A stretch of 62,485 bases of DNA, counting the filler, from Globobulimina sp. (Eukaryota), in assembly GCA_003354225.1 (NCBI GenBank). It is 40 parts of 40 records of this genome, joined end to end, with 100 filler letters (N's around TTAATTAATTAA, not from the genome) between each part and the next. Parts side by side here need not be neighbours in the genome. Positions count along the whole stretch, not along the records: positions 50,079 to 51,542 come from PIVH01016270.1; positions 51,643 to 53,106 come from PIVH01016271.1; positions 53,207 to 54,670 come from PIVH01016272.1; positions 54,771 to 56,233 come from PIVH01016273.1; positions 56,334 to 57,796 come from PIVH01016274.1; positions 57,897 to 59,359 come from PIVH01016275.1; positions 59,460 to 60,922 come from PIVH01016276.1; positions 61,023 to 62,485 come from PIVH01016277.1; 32 more parts are not named here. The stretch is one strand, 5' to 3'. The notes below the pieces were generated by a model. It ran no database searches and had not been told where the DNA came from. It saw nothing but the letters and a program-made list of their open reading frames with translations. A program made the translations under genes and the position numbers. This document shows, piece by piece, positions 50,079 through 61,429 of the stretch (position 1 is the first letter of the stretch; every line of letters begins with the position of its first letter).

Positions 50079-51098
50079 TTTCATCAGCTTCCTCTGATTC
50101 AAACCATTTACATTTACCATTATTTGCAAAGGAAATACTTTGATTACATTTATTGATTAAAGACGTATTTTCATTTTTTAATTTAGATATCGTTGATTTA
50201 TATTTTTTATTTTCTTGAATGGTTTGCTTTCGACTTTTTCGTTCTTGTTCTAATAATTTTTGTAATATTTTTACAGTATTCATTTTTTGAGATAATTCTT
50301 GCATCAATGTCATATATTTGTTGCTCATCTCTGCCATTTGTTGTTCATAATTTTTAATATCAACGCCCAATTTTTCAATCATTAAATCTTCGTCATCAAA
50401 TTCAGTGTAGTCAGCATTTTCATTTACATTTTTATCATTATATTCTTTATCGACAATGCTTGCAAAGTTGCTTATTTTTGCAAGTATTTTCTTATACGTT
50501 TTTTCATTAATTAATAAATCAATCCTTATTTTTAAATTGTTGTTCTTATCAATCATATTTTGAACCGCTGCTTTATTTGCTGCGGATTTAACATTTTGTA
50601 ATTGCTTAAATAAAATTTCTTGCATGTTTGATGTACAATTTATTTTACTTTGGGTTTGTTCAATTTGCTTTAATTTGATATTTTTAATACGCTCAATACT
50701 TTGGGGATATTGTCTTTTTAATCCACAAAATATATTATCAAATTTATCCAATTCATTTAATTGTCGCTCCATTTTCTCCATTGCCAATTCTTCATCTTCT
50801 GTGATGACATGATATCTGTGGTTTAATATCATGTTATTCATATATGGCAATTATCAGAGTATACATACTTATGCATCTTATTGACAGCATTCATAATATT
50901 CGGGAACAGATGTGCTTTGCCAAATAATTGTGGATCACTCATCAAACCTTGCAATTCCTTTGATGACATTGATAAAGACTGCGGTTTGACTGCCTCATGT
51001 TTGATAAACAAATCTTTAACATCTTCCAATCCGTTCTTATTGATCCACGCGTCGAAATTGAATGCTGTGCCTTCACCTTCAGTACTTGTGTGCAGCAT
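50079..51098 (-). CDS. SAM-like N-terminus plus coiled-coil protein (intron 50816-50868), 3'-truncated
   Basis: FDAWINKNGLEDVKDLFIKH; a 53-bp GT-AG intron joins the two ORFs; heptad-rich tail. Confidence 0.7.
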
Positions 51099-51642
51099 GT
51101 TTTAGGATTGAGTTTAAGTAAATATTTAAATTTACAACATCAAAACTTTTTCTTTAATGCTAACAACTCAAATTTTCGGATTTCGTGACTGGTGGTTGTT
51201 GCGGTTGGAATAAGCCGTGTATGGCTGGTAGGAGATATTAGCGAGGAAGTGAGCCATTAATCGCAATCCATAGAAAATAGTGGGTGATAGCTCAATGAAT
51301 ATTTGGGTTCAAATCCCAATCGTCAAACTTAAGGTTTCTATTTTATATGGTGTGCATACTTTAGAATAGGATCTGTTTGAAACGCATTGTTTTTAAAATT
51401 ACAGTTTGAATTCAAAACATTTCGTTTTTGAAACACTGCCTGTTTATAGCCTATGGGCGTATGAATGTAATTTATGTAACATCACGAATTTAAAACATCA
51501 TGAGTTTAAAATAAGATCTTTAAATCAAAAATTTCCAAAAGGNNNNNNNNNNNNNNNNNNNNNNNNNNNNNNNNNNNNNNNNNNNNTTAATTAATTAANN
51601 NNNNNNNNNNNNNNNNNNNNNNNNNNNNNNNNNNNNNNNNNN

Positions 51643-53106
51643 GTATGATAGCACAGCAAGCGTTTGCTGCCCAGGCCAATGCGAATATGGCCAATGTAGC
51701 CGCAGCTCCGATGGGCGCTGTCAATTTGAACAGCAACACGTTTGATTATAGTCGCGATTTTGATAATAATGGACTGGTTTACTTCTTAGGCACGAAGTGT
51801 AACACTTCGCAGTGGCAGAATCCGGCGCAGTTAGGCTTTGTAGGCATACGGCATAGCGGTTTGATGCACGATTCTACGCCGGCTCATTGCGTGCTTGGTC
51901 GTAGGAGCACGCGCTGTGTGACCAAACCATTGAAGCATGCGTGGATTGTGATTGATTTCAATGACTATGTGATTAAGCCCACACGTTATACATTGCGACA
52001 TTATGCGTCGTGGGATACGGAAGCTTTACGTAATTGGAGGTTGGAAGGCTCGTTTGATGGGGAGACGTGGACACTGTTACGGGAGCATCATAACGATGAA
52101 TCATTGCGCTTTAAAGGACAGTCGCATTCCTGGTTATTGCGAGGTGTCAACGCATATTATTCACAGTTTAGGCTGTTTCAATTTGATAAGAACAGCAACA
52201 ATCATTATTATTTGGCTTGCTCTGGCTTTGAGATTTATGGCAGTGTTTTGCGGCAAAATCATGCCATTACTTGGGATGAATGGCCCCGCAATAAATCCAA
52301 ACATTTGACAGTGAATCGGATCAAAAACTCAGTGACCAATGACGGCTCTGATGATACCTGGCAAAGTGTCAAAGCGCGCCAACCGTTGCAGTATGACCCC
52401 AATGGGCAGAATTAGTTTTGTGTATTGGTGGAACGGTCGCAGAATACGTCCAATTCGTGGAAGTTTATGACCGGAATAGCACCGGATGAGTTCACCTGCA
52501 GTGGCAGTCGGCAATGGTTAGGTTCGCAGAAATCGTATGCGTATATTGGCGGCACTGGCGGCAAATGCTATGATAATACGAAGTCGATCTCGTATGGCTC
52601 GAAATGGGGGGCTAAACGGGGCGATTTGGTGCAGGTCAGATCGAATCATAAAACCAAGCGGATTGAGTATATTTTGAATGGGAAATCGCAAGGCGTTGCC
52701 TTTACGAATTATAATCCGAACGGAGCGAATATGTTTGCTGCGGCGAGTATTACTGCAACAGGCTCGAGGTTGAGGTTGATGGAGCTCGTAACACCACGGA
52801 GTAAGCCGCCTGCAAATGTGAATAATGCCAATATGGCGCCACAAATGATGATGAATATACCGCCGATGAATATGAATATGCCGCAACCGCCGCCGCCGGT
52901 GAATGTTAATAAGGGGATAAAGTATGGCTGGGATCAGAATTTAAAATCGCAGCACTTGGCGATATTCCCAGACGGTGTGACAGTGACTAATAAGGGTTCG
53001 AATGATATTATTAATGACATTAAGACCTCGAATCAGTGGAAGTATATCTTTGGTGTCGTGCCGGTGTCCTTTGACCCAAAGCGGACGGCGTGGTTAGGCT
53101 CACAGA
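51643..53106 (+). CDS. HECTD1-type galactose-binding/discoidin-like domain plus tandem SPRY/B30.2-like domains; one in-frame TAG at 52413-52415
   Basis: DFDNNGLVYFLGT..WQNPA, YTLRH, ALRNWRLEGS and LACSGFEIYG; SPRY-like YILNGKSQGVAF. The two ORFs share one frame. Confidence 0.82.
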
Positions 53107-53206
53107 NNNNNNNNNNNNNNNNNNNNNNNNNNNNNNNNNNNNNNNNNNNNTTAATTAATTAANNNNNNNNNNNNNNNNNNNNNNNNNNNNNNNNNNNNNN
53201 NNNNNN

Positions 53207-54025
53207 TATTTTCATTCAAGTTTATTGAGTAAAAATGGGAAATCTGTTGCTATCTTTGGTGGAATGAGGGGTGACTTAAAATATACATAGAAGATATATT
53301 TATATGATGTGGAAACTGAAGAAATCAAAGAATCGCATATTGAATGTCCAAGCCATTATTGTGCATTCCGATCGATACTAATTAATGAACAGATTCATTT
53401 GGTACAATGTGGTGCAACATCGGATTTTAAACATTTTTGTATTTCAAGCAATGATATTTTTGACACAGAAAATGATGATGATTTTAAGAATGATGGTATC
53501 AATAAAATGAATATTTCCAATGAATTTATCATTAAAAATGAAGCATTGAATCACGAAAATATGACATTAAAATATGAAAATAAAAAATTAAGGAATGATT
53601 TGAAAATATCAGAATCTGCAAAATACGAATTGCGCAAAATGAATAATAAATTAATGGATGATTTTAAAGAGTTAGAACTTTCAAGAAATGCATATAAATT
53701 AAAATATGAATCATTGAAAAAAGAATTAAAAATGGATGCTGCAAATTATTTAAATTGGGATTGTGATGATATTGTAAATTGGATCAGAAACATTGATCAT
53801 TCGCGATTTCAAAAATATGAACATAAATTAAGAGAAAATATGAAAACGGAAAATGTTGATGGACAGTGTTTAAATGAAATTGAAATTAATGATATTCATC
53901 GATTTGGTATTCATGATTTTAAAGATAAAAAATATTTGATGAGACAAATCAAAATGTTAACAAAAATGGACGATTCACAAAATAATAATAACAATAACAA
54001 TAATATTCAATCTGAAGGTCAATGA
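53207..54025 (+). CDS. Kelch-like remnant plus coiled-coil plus SAM-domain protein, 5'-truncated
   Basis: AIFGG...IYLYDVET upstream; NWDCDDIVNWI...VDGQCL...FGIHDFKD SAM motif. Confidence 0.72.
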
Positions 54026-54157
54026 TATACTCAAAATATATAAAATAAAACCAAACCTCTTATGTAAAATTTTTTTAACTGCACAGTGATCTATCATTGC
54101 ATACTAAAACATGAACGACAATGATTATAAAACGACTTATATACATCATTACACTCT

Positions 54158-54499
54158 TTATCCTCTTTCTTCAATGCAATGAACAGGTCCATTATCTTCA
54201 TGTCCTTTTACTTTTTGTGCAGAATTTCCGCAGTGTCTATAATGCCATTTTTTTATATTTGTTATTTCAATGCATCCGTAAAAATGATTTGCTGTCGAAC
54301 AGCGGAAAAATAATGCTTCGCTATAAAAGTATTCAACAGCATAATATCCTCCACCTTTATTCATCCTTACTCGATATTCTTTATTTTTATTAAATGCATT
54401 CCCTGTAAATATTTTCCAGCTCATTTGATGTTTATATTCATTGAATTCTCTTCTTAAATTTGCTAATTCCTGTCGTAACAATGATACTTCATCATTCAT
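54158..54499 (-). CDS. Hypothetical small protein with an N-terminal coiled coil
   Basis: 113-aa ORF convergent on the SAM gene; no family recognised. Confidence 0.45.
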   Translation of the reverse strand: MNDEVSLLRQELANLRREFNEYKHQMSWKIFTGNAFNKNKEYRVRMNKGGGYYAVEYFYSEALFFRCSTANHFYGCIEITNIKKWHYRHCGNSAQKVKGHEDNGPVHCIEERG

Positions 54500-54770
54500 T
54501 TTGTTATCATCTGTATCAATACTGTTATGTTTGATGGTTCAGCCATGGTTCACCACTCAAAAACACCAAAAACAAAACCTTTCCACTAACTTCCTTTACA
54601 ATAGGGTTTTTGCTTTTAGTTCATTTCTTCAATGAACGCTTTGATAATTGAAGAAAAAAAAACTTTTGTCNNNNNNNNNNNNNNNNNNNNNNNNNNNNNN
54701 NNNNNNNNNNNNNNTTAATTAATTAANNNNNNNNNNNNNNNNNNNNNNNNNNNNNNNNNNNNNNNNNNNN

Positions 54771-55299
54771 AGAAACGAATTGCTTCTCAGCACGGAATTC
54801 GCTCCAATTGTGACAGGCTTGATGACAAGGCCTGCATGCGTCAACTGGGAGGGCTGGATCAATGCGTTGTCTTCAACGAGCACATTGTCGCCAATGGTGA
54901 TGCAATCGAAATCACTTACGGAAAGCGTTTTTATGTGCACATTCTGGCCGATTCTGATTACCAGGCACTTATAGAAAAAGCCGAGCCAGGGGGTCTTCTT
55001 GAGAAGAATCAATAGGGGCCAGCAGGTGATGTTCAGGAATTCGAATAAACGGGCAACACTCCACCAGCGATAATAATAGGGCCCAAAAATGGGATATACG
55101 CCGGGCCTGAAGCGTCCGATGATCACCCACTTGAGCAATACGACGGCGCACAGCAACAACAGGAATGTCATCACGGCGTAAAGCGGCAGCAAGAATAGGT
55201 TCGGCCCGTGGCCGATGGCCGTGGAGACCATACCGTACGCCTGAATAATGGTCGTCAACGAGCCTGCAATCAGAAACGGCAGACACAGCACAAGCGCAT
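54771..55299 (-). CDS. Pls/PosA-family (epsilon-poly-L-lysine synthetase-like) NRPS terminal TM plus left-handed beta-helix module; apparent exon
   Basis: TM pair, then LKWVIIGRFRPGVYPIFGPYYYRWW, FYKCLVIRIGQNVHI, ITIGDNVLV and PVTIGANSVL. Confidence 0.8.
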
Positions 55300-56333
55300 C
55301 TTTTTGATTTTTTTTGATTAGTTTGCATTATCCACGGAAATGTGACAAGGTGATATCCTTTTTATTAGTCAGAAATTTCGTGAATTTTCTATTTTGGATG
55401 GTTTTTGAAAGAATTATTTTAAGCAATGTATGTATGTACGTTAATCATTCTGTTTTTACCTTTTTATGATGATTTTTCAATCTATGATTATACTCTGATT
55501 ATTCATGATAGGTACTTCTGATCGATTGCTTTTTATTCAAATTCATTCCTTTTTTATTTTAAAATATTTGCTAAAAAAAGTTGTTGTTTTTTATAAATAG
55601 ATGGCATTGGCGGTCCGCAAATATTAAGTTAGTAATTTTCTATATAAATATATATATTGACAGTGATGAGAAGAATATGTAACAGAGATATTAATAATTA
55701 TCAAATGTTGATTATTAAATTTCGGAATGCGATATCTGACCTTTTTTTTGCTTTTATTGCCTATTTCTAGATGTCTTCACACTGTTTAATGTTTTATTAT
55801 ATATTTAGTGCAGCAGCCATATGCATGAACATACATTGCTTATTATAATCTGTGACAAAATGCAGGTACATAGATACATGTCCTCCTTCTCCTTTTTTAT
55901 TTGTTTACTGATGAAATCATCGCTGCCCAGCTGTTTCTAGAATGACCAAATAATTAATGGTTGTATGTAGAGACTGATGTTCATACCATACAAATCTGAA
56001 ACACCTATTCCATTTATTCTGCTCTCCACATTCCCTCAATGCGTATTATTAAATTAATTAAATGTTTTGTTGTGATTTTAAAGGTGGAAAATAGGAATTA
56101 AATGGATTTATTTCCAAAGTTAAGATTATTTTTGCATTTCTATTTCTGTTTAAAATGATGATAATTTCTTTTCAATTTCAGATACATCTGATATCTATAA
56201 ATGATGTATAACATATCCTGGTTAGTCTGAACANNNNNNNNNNNNNNNNNNNNNNNNNNNNNNNNNNNNNNNNNNNNTTAATTAATTAANNNNNNNNNNN
56301 NNNNNNNNNNNNNNNNNNNNNNNNNNNNNNNNN

Positions 56334-57796
56334 TGGTATCAAGAATTAGTCGCTAAAACGACCGATGTAATCAATGAAATGTCAGCGATTTATAAAGCTA
56401 CAAATTGGGGTGGTTCAGTTGGAGGAACCAACAGTATCAGGTATTTTTTTTCCTTTTACAGGTTAGGAATACAAAATAAATGAATAAAAATAAAAAAATA
56501 GTATCGTTTTCGCCGGAATTCATGTAATTTTTGAGTTTACCGGTGATTATTTATCATTGAAGCCAAGAAAATTATATTCAAATTGCCCTTTAAGTAGCAA
56601 TGCCTTTGATGATTCAGATGAGTGCGCCATTGATGGCAATGCTTGGTTAGGTACATGCAAATCGTGGGTGAGCCAATATTTAGACTTCTCGACGTTTGAC
56701 AATGTACAATTTGTGACTGATATGCGGTTTGCATGGACGAGAAGTGGTAGCTCAACCAGCAGAAGTTAAGTGATTCCGTGTGCTTTTGTAATATGTCATA
56801 TGTGCAATTAACATGTAATGTTTTTTGTGTTTTTGGTGTGAAGCTTTGGGATGGGGTTATATAGGAACTGTTTGTGGATCATCATCAGTGGCGGATATCT
56901 CTGTTGTCCCAGAAATGGGCAGTGAAGTCAGAACAATGGCGCATGAATTAGGTACACTCTTTCACTCAAAAAAAAAAAAAAAACTTCGCTTGACTTGCAC
57001 CATGTCTCACATTTTTAAAACGAAGGCCATAATTTTGGAATGCACCATGACGGACAATCTGGTGAAGGTTCATCATGTGCAGCGAACGCAGGCTTAATGG
57101 GCTATAGTGACGGCACAGGATTTAGTTCATGTTCCAAGGCGTCCATGCAAACATTTTTCAACAGTCAAAACGGTTTAACTTGCATTGGTTCAGGCTGGCC
57201 AAGGACTTTCGCCACTAATTATGACGACGGCGCCACAGCCGAACCAACCACACCTCGGCCAACGCCACGTCCAACACCGCGGCCCACACGTGGTCCCACC
57301 CGCGGCGGCCAAACCGCAGAGCCAACTCGAGCGGTTACACCAGGTCCAACCGATGGTGTTACGCCAGGACCCACCCGGAGTCCCGTGGAAAGTGCCGGTT
57401 GCGTCAGAATAAGCGGCATCGATACTAATTATTATGATGGCTCCTATAACGAATTGGCAGAGTTACATAACGGAGCGGCAGTGTATGAATTAAGCTCTCG
57501 TAGCGGACAAACTGTCTACGTTTACAAGCCCTCAACGAATAGCTATTGGAACGGCGTCAATCCCGCCTGGGTCTGGGGTAATTCCATTGGTAGTAATTCT
57601 ATCTCAGTATATTGTGCACAAAGTGACATCATGTCCTGCGGCGGTGAGTTTATGCGGTATACCTCGTCCGGATGGGTTTACTATCCCTCCTCCGCTATAG
57701 ATACGGAGTGTGGCTCTGGTTCCAGTTCTGGCGGAGACGCGTTTGCCTGTCCTGGTATCGATCGTCACGACGTTGATCAGACCCAGGACGATCAGG
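56334..57796 (+). CDS. M12B reprolysin/ADAM-like zinc metalloprotease with Pro/Thr linker (introns 56441-56501, 56765-56843, 56952-57025)
   Basis: Splicing rebuilds AHELGHNFGMHHD, the Met-turn (GLMG) and FSSCS; upstream GWGYIGTVC. Confidence 0.9.
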
Positions 57797-57898
57797 NNNN
57801 NNNNNNNNNNNNNNNNNNNNNNNNNNNNNNNNNNNNNNNNTTAATTAATTAANNNNNNNNNNNNNNNNNNNNNNNNNNNNNNNNNNNNNNNNNNNNCA

Positions 57899-58522
57899 CA
57901 CGAAAGAATACAAAGAGATAACTTGAATGTTATTTTCTTGATTCTGGAGCAAAATTTTGATTTAAGGAGAGATTTATCCGTTGATCAATTGATTGGATTC
58001 CATCGCATTGCCATCAAATATAACTATGATGATAATATAAAGAGGACACAGCACGAAATATGGTCAATTTTGGAGGATATAGATAAAAAGAAAAAAATTA
58101 AATTGAATGTTGTGTCTTATTTCAGATTGAATGGCGAATTACATTCAATTTCCACTGGATATGATGCTGGAGAAAAATGTAAATTTAATTCAAATGATAA
58201 AGTGAGCAGTTTAATGAAACAAATTGATTTCAATATAAATACATCGATTTGCCCAGAATTATCGTCAGAAATTGCGAGACAAACACATTTAAAAAGCCAT
58301 TCAGAAAAGAAAGCATTGGCGATAATGTTGAGGCACTCAGAACAATCAATATCATCAAATGATAAAAATATCAAAATTAAAGTAACAATGAGAATGTGCC
58401 AAGACTGTCATGAATTCTTTTGTCAGGTATCCAAAAAATATAATAAATATACCATTCAATGTGTTGATCCTAAAGGGATCCATAATTTTAAAAATGGTAT
58501 TTGTTATTTATGCAACCATTGA
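57899..58522 (+). CDS. DYW-type cytidine deaminase domain (C-terminus of a probable PPR-DYW protein), 5'-truncated
   Basis: PG-box-like SYFRLNGELH, HSEKKALA, IKIKVTMRMCQDCHEF and D-x3-HNFKNGIC-x2-C. Confidence 0.88.
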   Translation, partial: HERIQRDNLNVIFLILEQNFDLRRDLSVDQLIGFHRIAIKYNYDDNIKRTQHEIWSILEDIDKKKKIKLNVVSYFRLNGELHSISTGYDAGEKCKFNSNDKVSSLMKQIDFNINTSICPELSSEIARQTHLKSHSEKKALAIMLRHSEQSISSNDKNIKIKVTMRMCQDCHEFFCQVSKKYNKYTIQCVDPKGIHNFKNGICYLCNH

Positions 58523-58672
58523 AATATACGCCTTGTGGCAAAGCCTTTCATTGAAACATTCATATCCATCTTTCAAATCTTATTAAAGGATGTTTTCAAA
58601 CTAAAAAGCATCAGATTAACTTTGCGCAACCAAAAATACAAGAATACCAACAAAACATATCACAAACAACAC

Positions 58673-59359
58673 TCAAGATATAAGTTGTTTCATTTCGTTG
58701 TATAATGGTTGATAATTATTTGCTAATGCATATTGTAATGAATTTTTACCATTTACTTTATCCTTTTGTGACAAACATTTTTTAATATCTTCAATATTCA
58801 GATTATTAATTTTACCATACTCACATAACATTTTTAAGATATTAACTCGTGCACATTGCATTTGTGATGCATTTGTTACAGCATTTGACATTACACTTTG
58901 TGATAAACTTAAAAATACATTGTTATATTTACCATCAATTTGTTTACTCATAAATAACAAATTCAAATTCTCCATTTTATTTCCTTTTACATTCTGATTA
59001 AATAAAAATATATCAATTGCTTTATCAAAACAACATCTACATAATAACCACAATATACATTCTGATTTACTTACTGTTAATTCACGTAAAATATGTGTAT
59101 TACAATCAATATAATAATCCATTAAATCACTATCAAATATCAAACCATTTTGCATTAATTCTTGAAACAATTTCAATGTAAATTCTTCAACGCATTCATT
59201 TTGATAAATTGTTTTAAAATGTAATAAACTTAATTGATAAACAAATTGTTGAGTATATTGCTTCCAATCCAATAATTTTAATATTTTAATAATCCATTGT
59301 AATACCATTCGTTTTGTTTTCTCTCGACGAACATTTACTAATTTTGACAACATTTCACT
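58673..59359 (-). CDS. Helical protein C-terminus with an ankyrin-like final repeat
   Basis: KDKVNGKNSLQYALANN; convergent on the DYW gene. Confidence 0.55.
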   Translation of the reverse strand, partial: SEMLSKLVNVRREKTKRMVLQWIIKILKLLDWKQYTQQFVYQLSLLHFKTIYQNECVEEFTLKLFQELMQNGLIFDSDLMDYYIDCNTHILRELTVSKSECILWLLCRCCFDKAIDIFLFNQNVKGNKMENLNLLFMSKQIDGKYNNVFLSLSQSVMSNAVTNASQMQCARVNILKMLCEYGKINNLNIEDIKKCLSQKDKVNGKNSLQYALANNYQPLYNEMKQLIS

Positions 59360-59685
59360 NNNNNNNNNNNNNNNNNNNNNNNNNNNNNNNNNNNNNNNNN
59401 NNNTTAATTAATTAANNNNNNNNNNNNNNNNNNNNNNNNNNNNNNNNNNNNNNNNNNNNACGACTTCAATTAAATAGCACCGAAGTGGGACGCCTGAGGA
59501 GTTGGAGCTTTAGGAAAAATCCTTATAAATCGGTTCTGGGCCAGGGAATTGGGACCCGTCGTCGTCCCAAAGGAATGGGATTATGCCGCTGCAAGCATGC
59601 GGAATTCGGAAACAAAAAAAACAGGGCCGATAATCAGCCCTGCTATTGTTTTCTATGGATTTACCCCTATCGGTGCATTAGGTAT

Positions 59686-60922
59686 TTATTTGTGGAACAA
59701 CTTTTTGCGCCCATTGATACTCGCATCGTTCACCAATTTGCCGCATATTTTGTGTGTATTGAATTGAAATTTAAAGCATTCGATGCCAAACATATAATTG
59801 TCATTATCCAAAGGCGTGGTGCCATAATATCGAATACGCGCTAAATCCAATTTTTTGGTATCACCAATCTTTAATGAGGCTTGCACGACATCTCCGACTC
59901 GATATTTACGATGCTTTTTTTTAACATTTGTGATTTCCTCATCAATGCTCTCCGACGTCGAGCTATATCGCTTGTTTTTCTTTTTTTTTTCGTTATATAT
60001 TCGACCCAGTCGTTACTTATTTTTTTGGCTGTTATGACTATTTATATTCTCTTGGGTCAAGGCCTCAAAATAGTCGCTATTCGCTCTCTTTTTATCCTTA
60101 CTTTTGTGCCGTGCGTGCACTGTTTAATTGATTTAGATTTTCGATCATTATAAACAGCAAAGAAACGTATAAAACAAGGCATAAATGCAAAAAAGACAGA
60201 CCTGGCACATAGATATTACTGCTATGCCTCGGTTTTGCTATGGATTCGTCGGCATTTTGTACAGAGTCCTTACGTTTCTTCATATGTTTAGATGGCGGCG
60301 GCTTTACTTTTTTCTTCCTCCTTCGCCGCGTACCCCGCATAATTGAGCTTGGATCGGCGGATAAGGCACGTCTCACTTTCTGTGGCTTCAGTTTGCTTTT
60401 CTTCCTTTTTTTAGATTTCTTATGCGTTCGTTTGGCTTTTTCGTGGTCACTCTCATCCTCCGCACTCTTCATTTTCTTCAGTTTGTGTCCATGTCGATGT
60501 CGTTTGTGTTTGTATTTGTTTTTGCGTTTATTTGGACTGGATTTGCACGAATTTAGTTTTAATTTCTCATTGCTGTCACTGCTGTCACTGCTTTCTATCT
60601 GTACGTGATTGCTGCTGCTATTTATATTTATGTGCATAGTGTTTCTGTTTAGATTCACTAAATCCGATGAGTCCGACGACATTGTTTCCACTTGCAATAA
60701 TTGACTAAAATGATGCGCTCGCTTCTTACCATTCGGATTGCTATTTTTGGGCATTTTTTTAAATGATTTTGTGGCGGATTCATACGGTGATTTGTTGTGG
60801 GTAAAAGATGAGCGTTTAATGTTGAGTGAGACTGGCGAGGATTGGTTTTTTTTCCGTCGATTTGTATTTATTATGTTATGAGTCAGGTCATTTGGCTTTG
60901 GCTTATTATTTTCGACTGAGTC
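59686..60922 (-). CDS. Lys/Ser-rich protein with a CAP-Gly-like domain; spliced and possibly disrupted
   Basis: YRVGDVV...ARIRYYGTT...FGIE...NDASINGRKKLF resembles CAP-Gly; exon structure only partly resolved. Confidence 0.5.
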
Positions 60923-61429
60923 NNNNNNNNNNNNNNNNNNNNNNNNNNNNNNNNNNNNNNNNNNNNTTAATTAATTAANNNNNNNNNNNNNNNNNNNNNN
61001 NNNNNNNNNNNNNNNNNNNNNNTTTGCAAAACCACACGCATTATGTAGGCATATTTGTGAATGGATTGAAAAACAATTGCCTAAATCTTGCAAATTGTGA
61101 CATTTTTAAGTTTTTTTCTGATTTCAAAAACACAAACACTTTTAATCCCCTCGATTCGAGGTGTTTACATTGATCAATTGAAACAATCACATAATGAATT
61201 GATCGGAATTGAATCCTTGAATTCAAACTACAATTTACAACACACCCAACATCACACACACAAACTTCGAATAGTCTCTATAGTCCATATAGTCTCTATA
61301 GTCTCTATTATAAATAGCTCCAATCCAATCAAAAAATGGTTAATTATCTCTATTCAACCACACTATTTTATTGCGATAACATGTAAAACCTGCAACAAAT
61401 AACATTACAATTCAACAAAGGCTCAACAA

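Noticed and set aside
52413-52415. Genome-wide TAG reassignment
   Set aside because: It is a single instance; other genes here end at TAG (Kelch 37691-37693, KDZ 22905-22907), and long conserved ORFs such as TOR have no internal stops.
1467-61022. Regularly spaced TTAATTAATTAA motif as a biological repeat or CRISPR-like array
   Set aside because: It is always centred in exactly 88 Ns and gives six-frame stops, so it is a concatenation linker. ORFs ending in X...LIN are artefacts of it.
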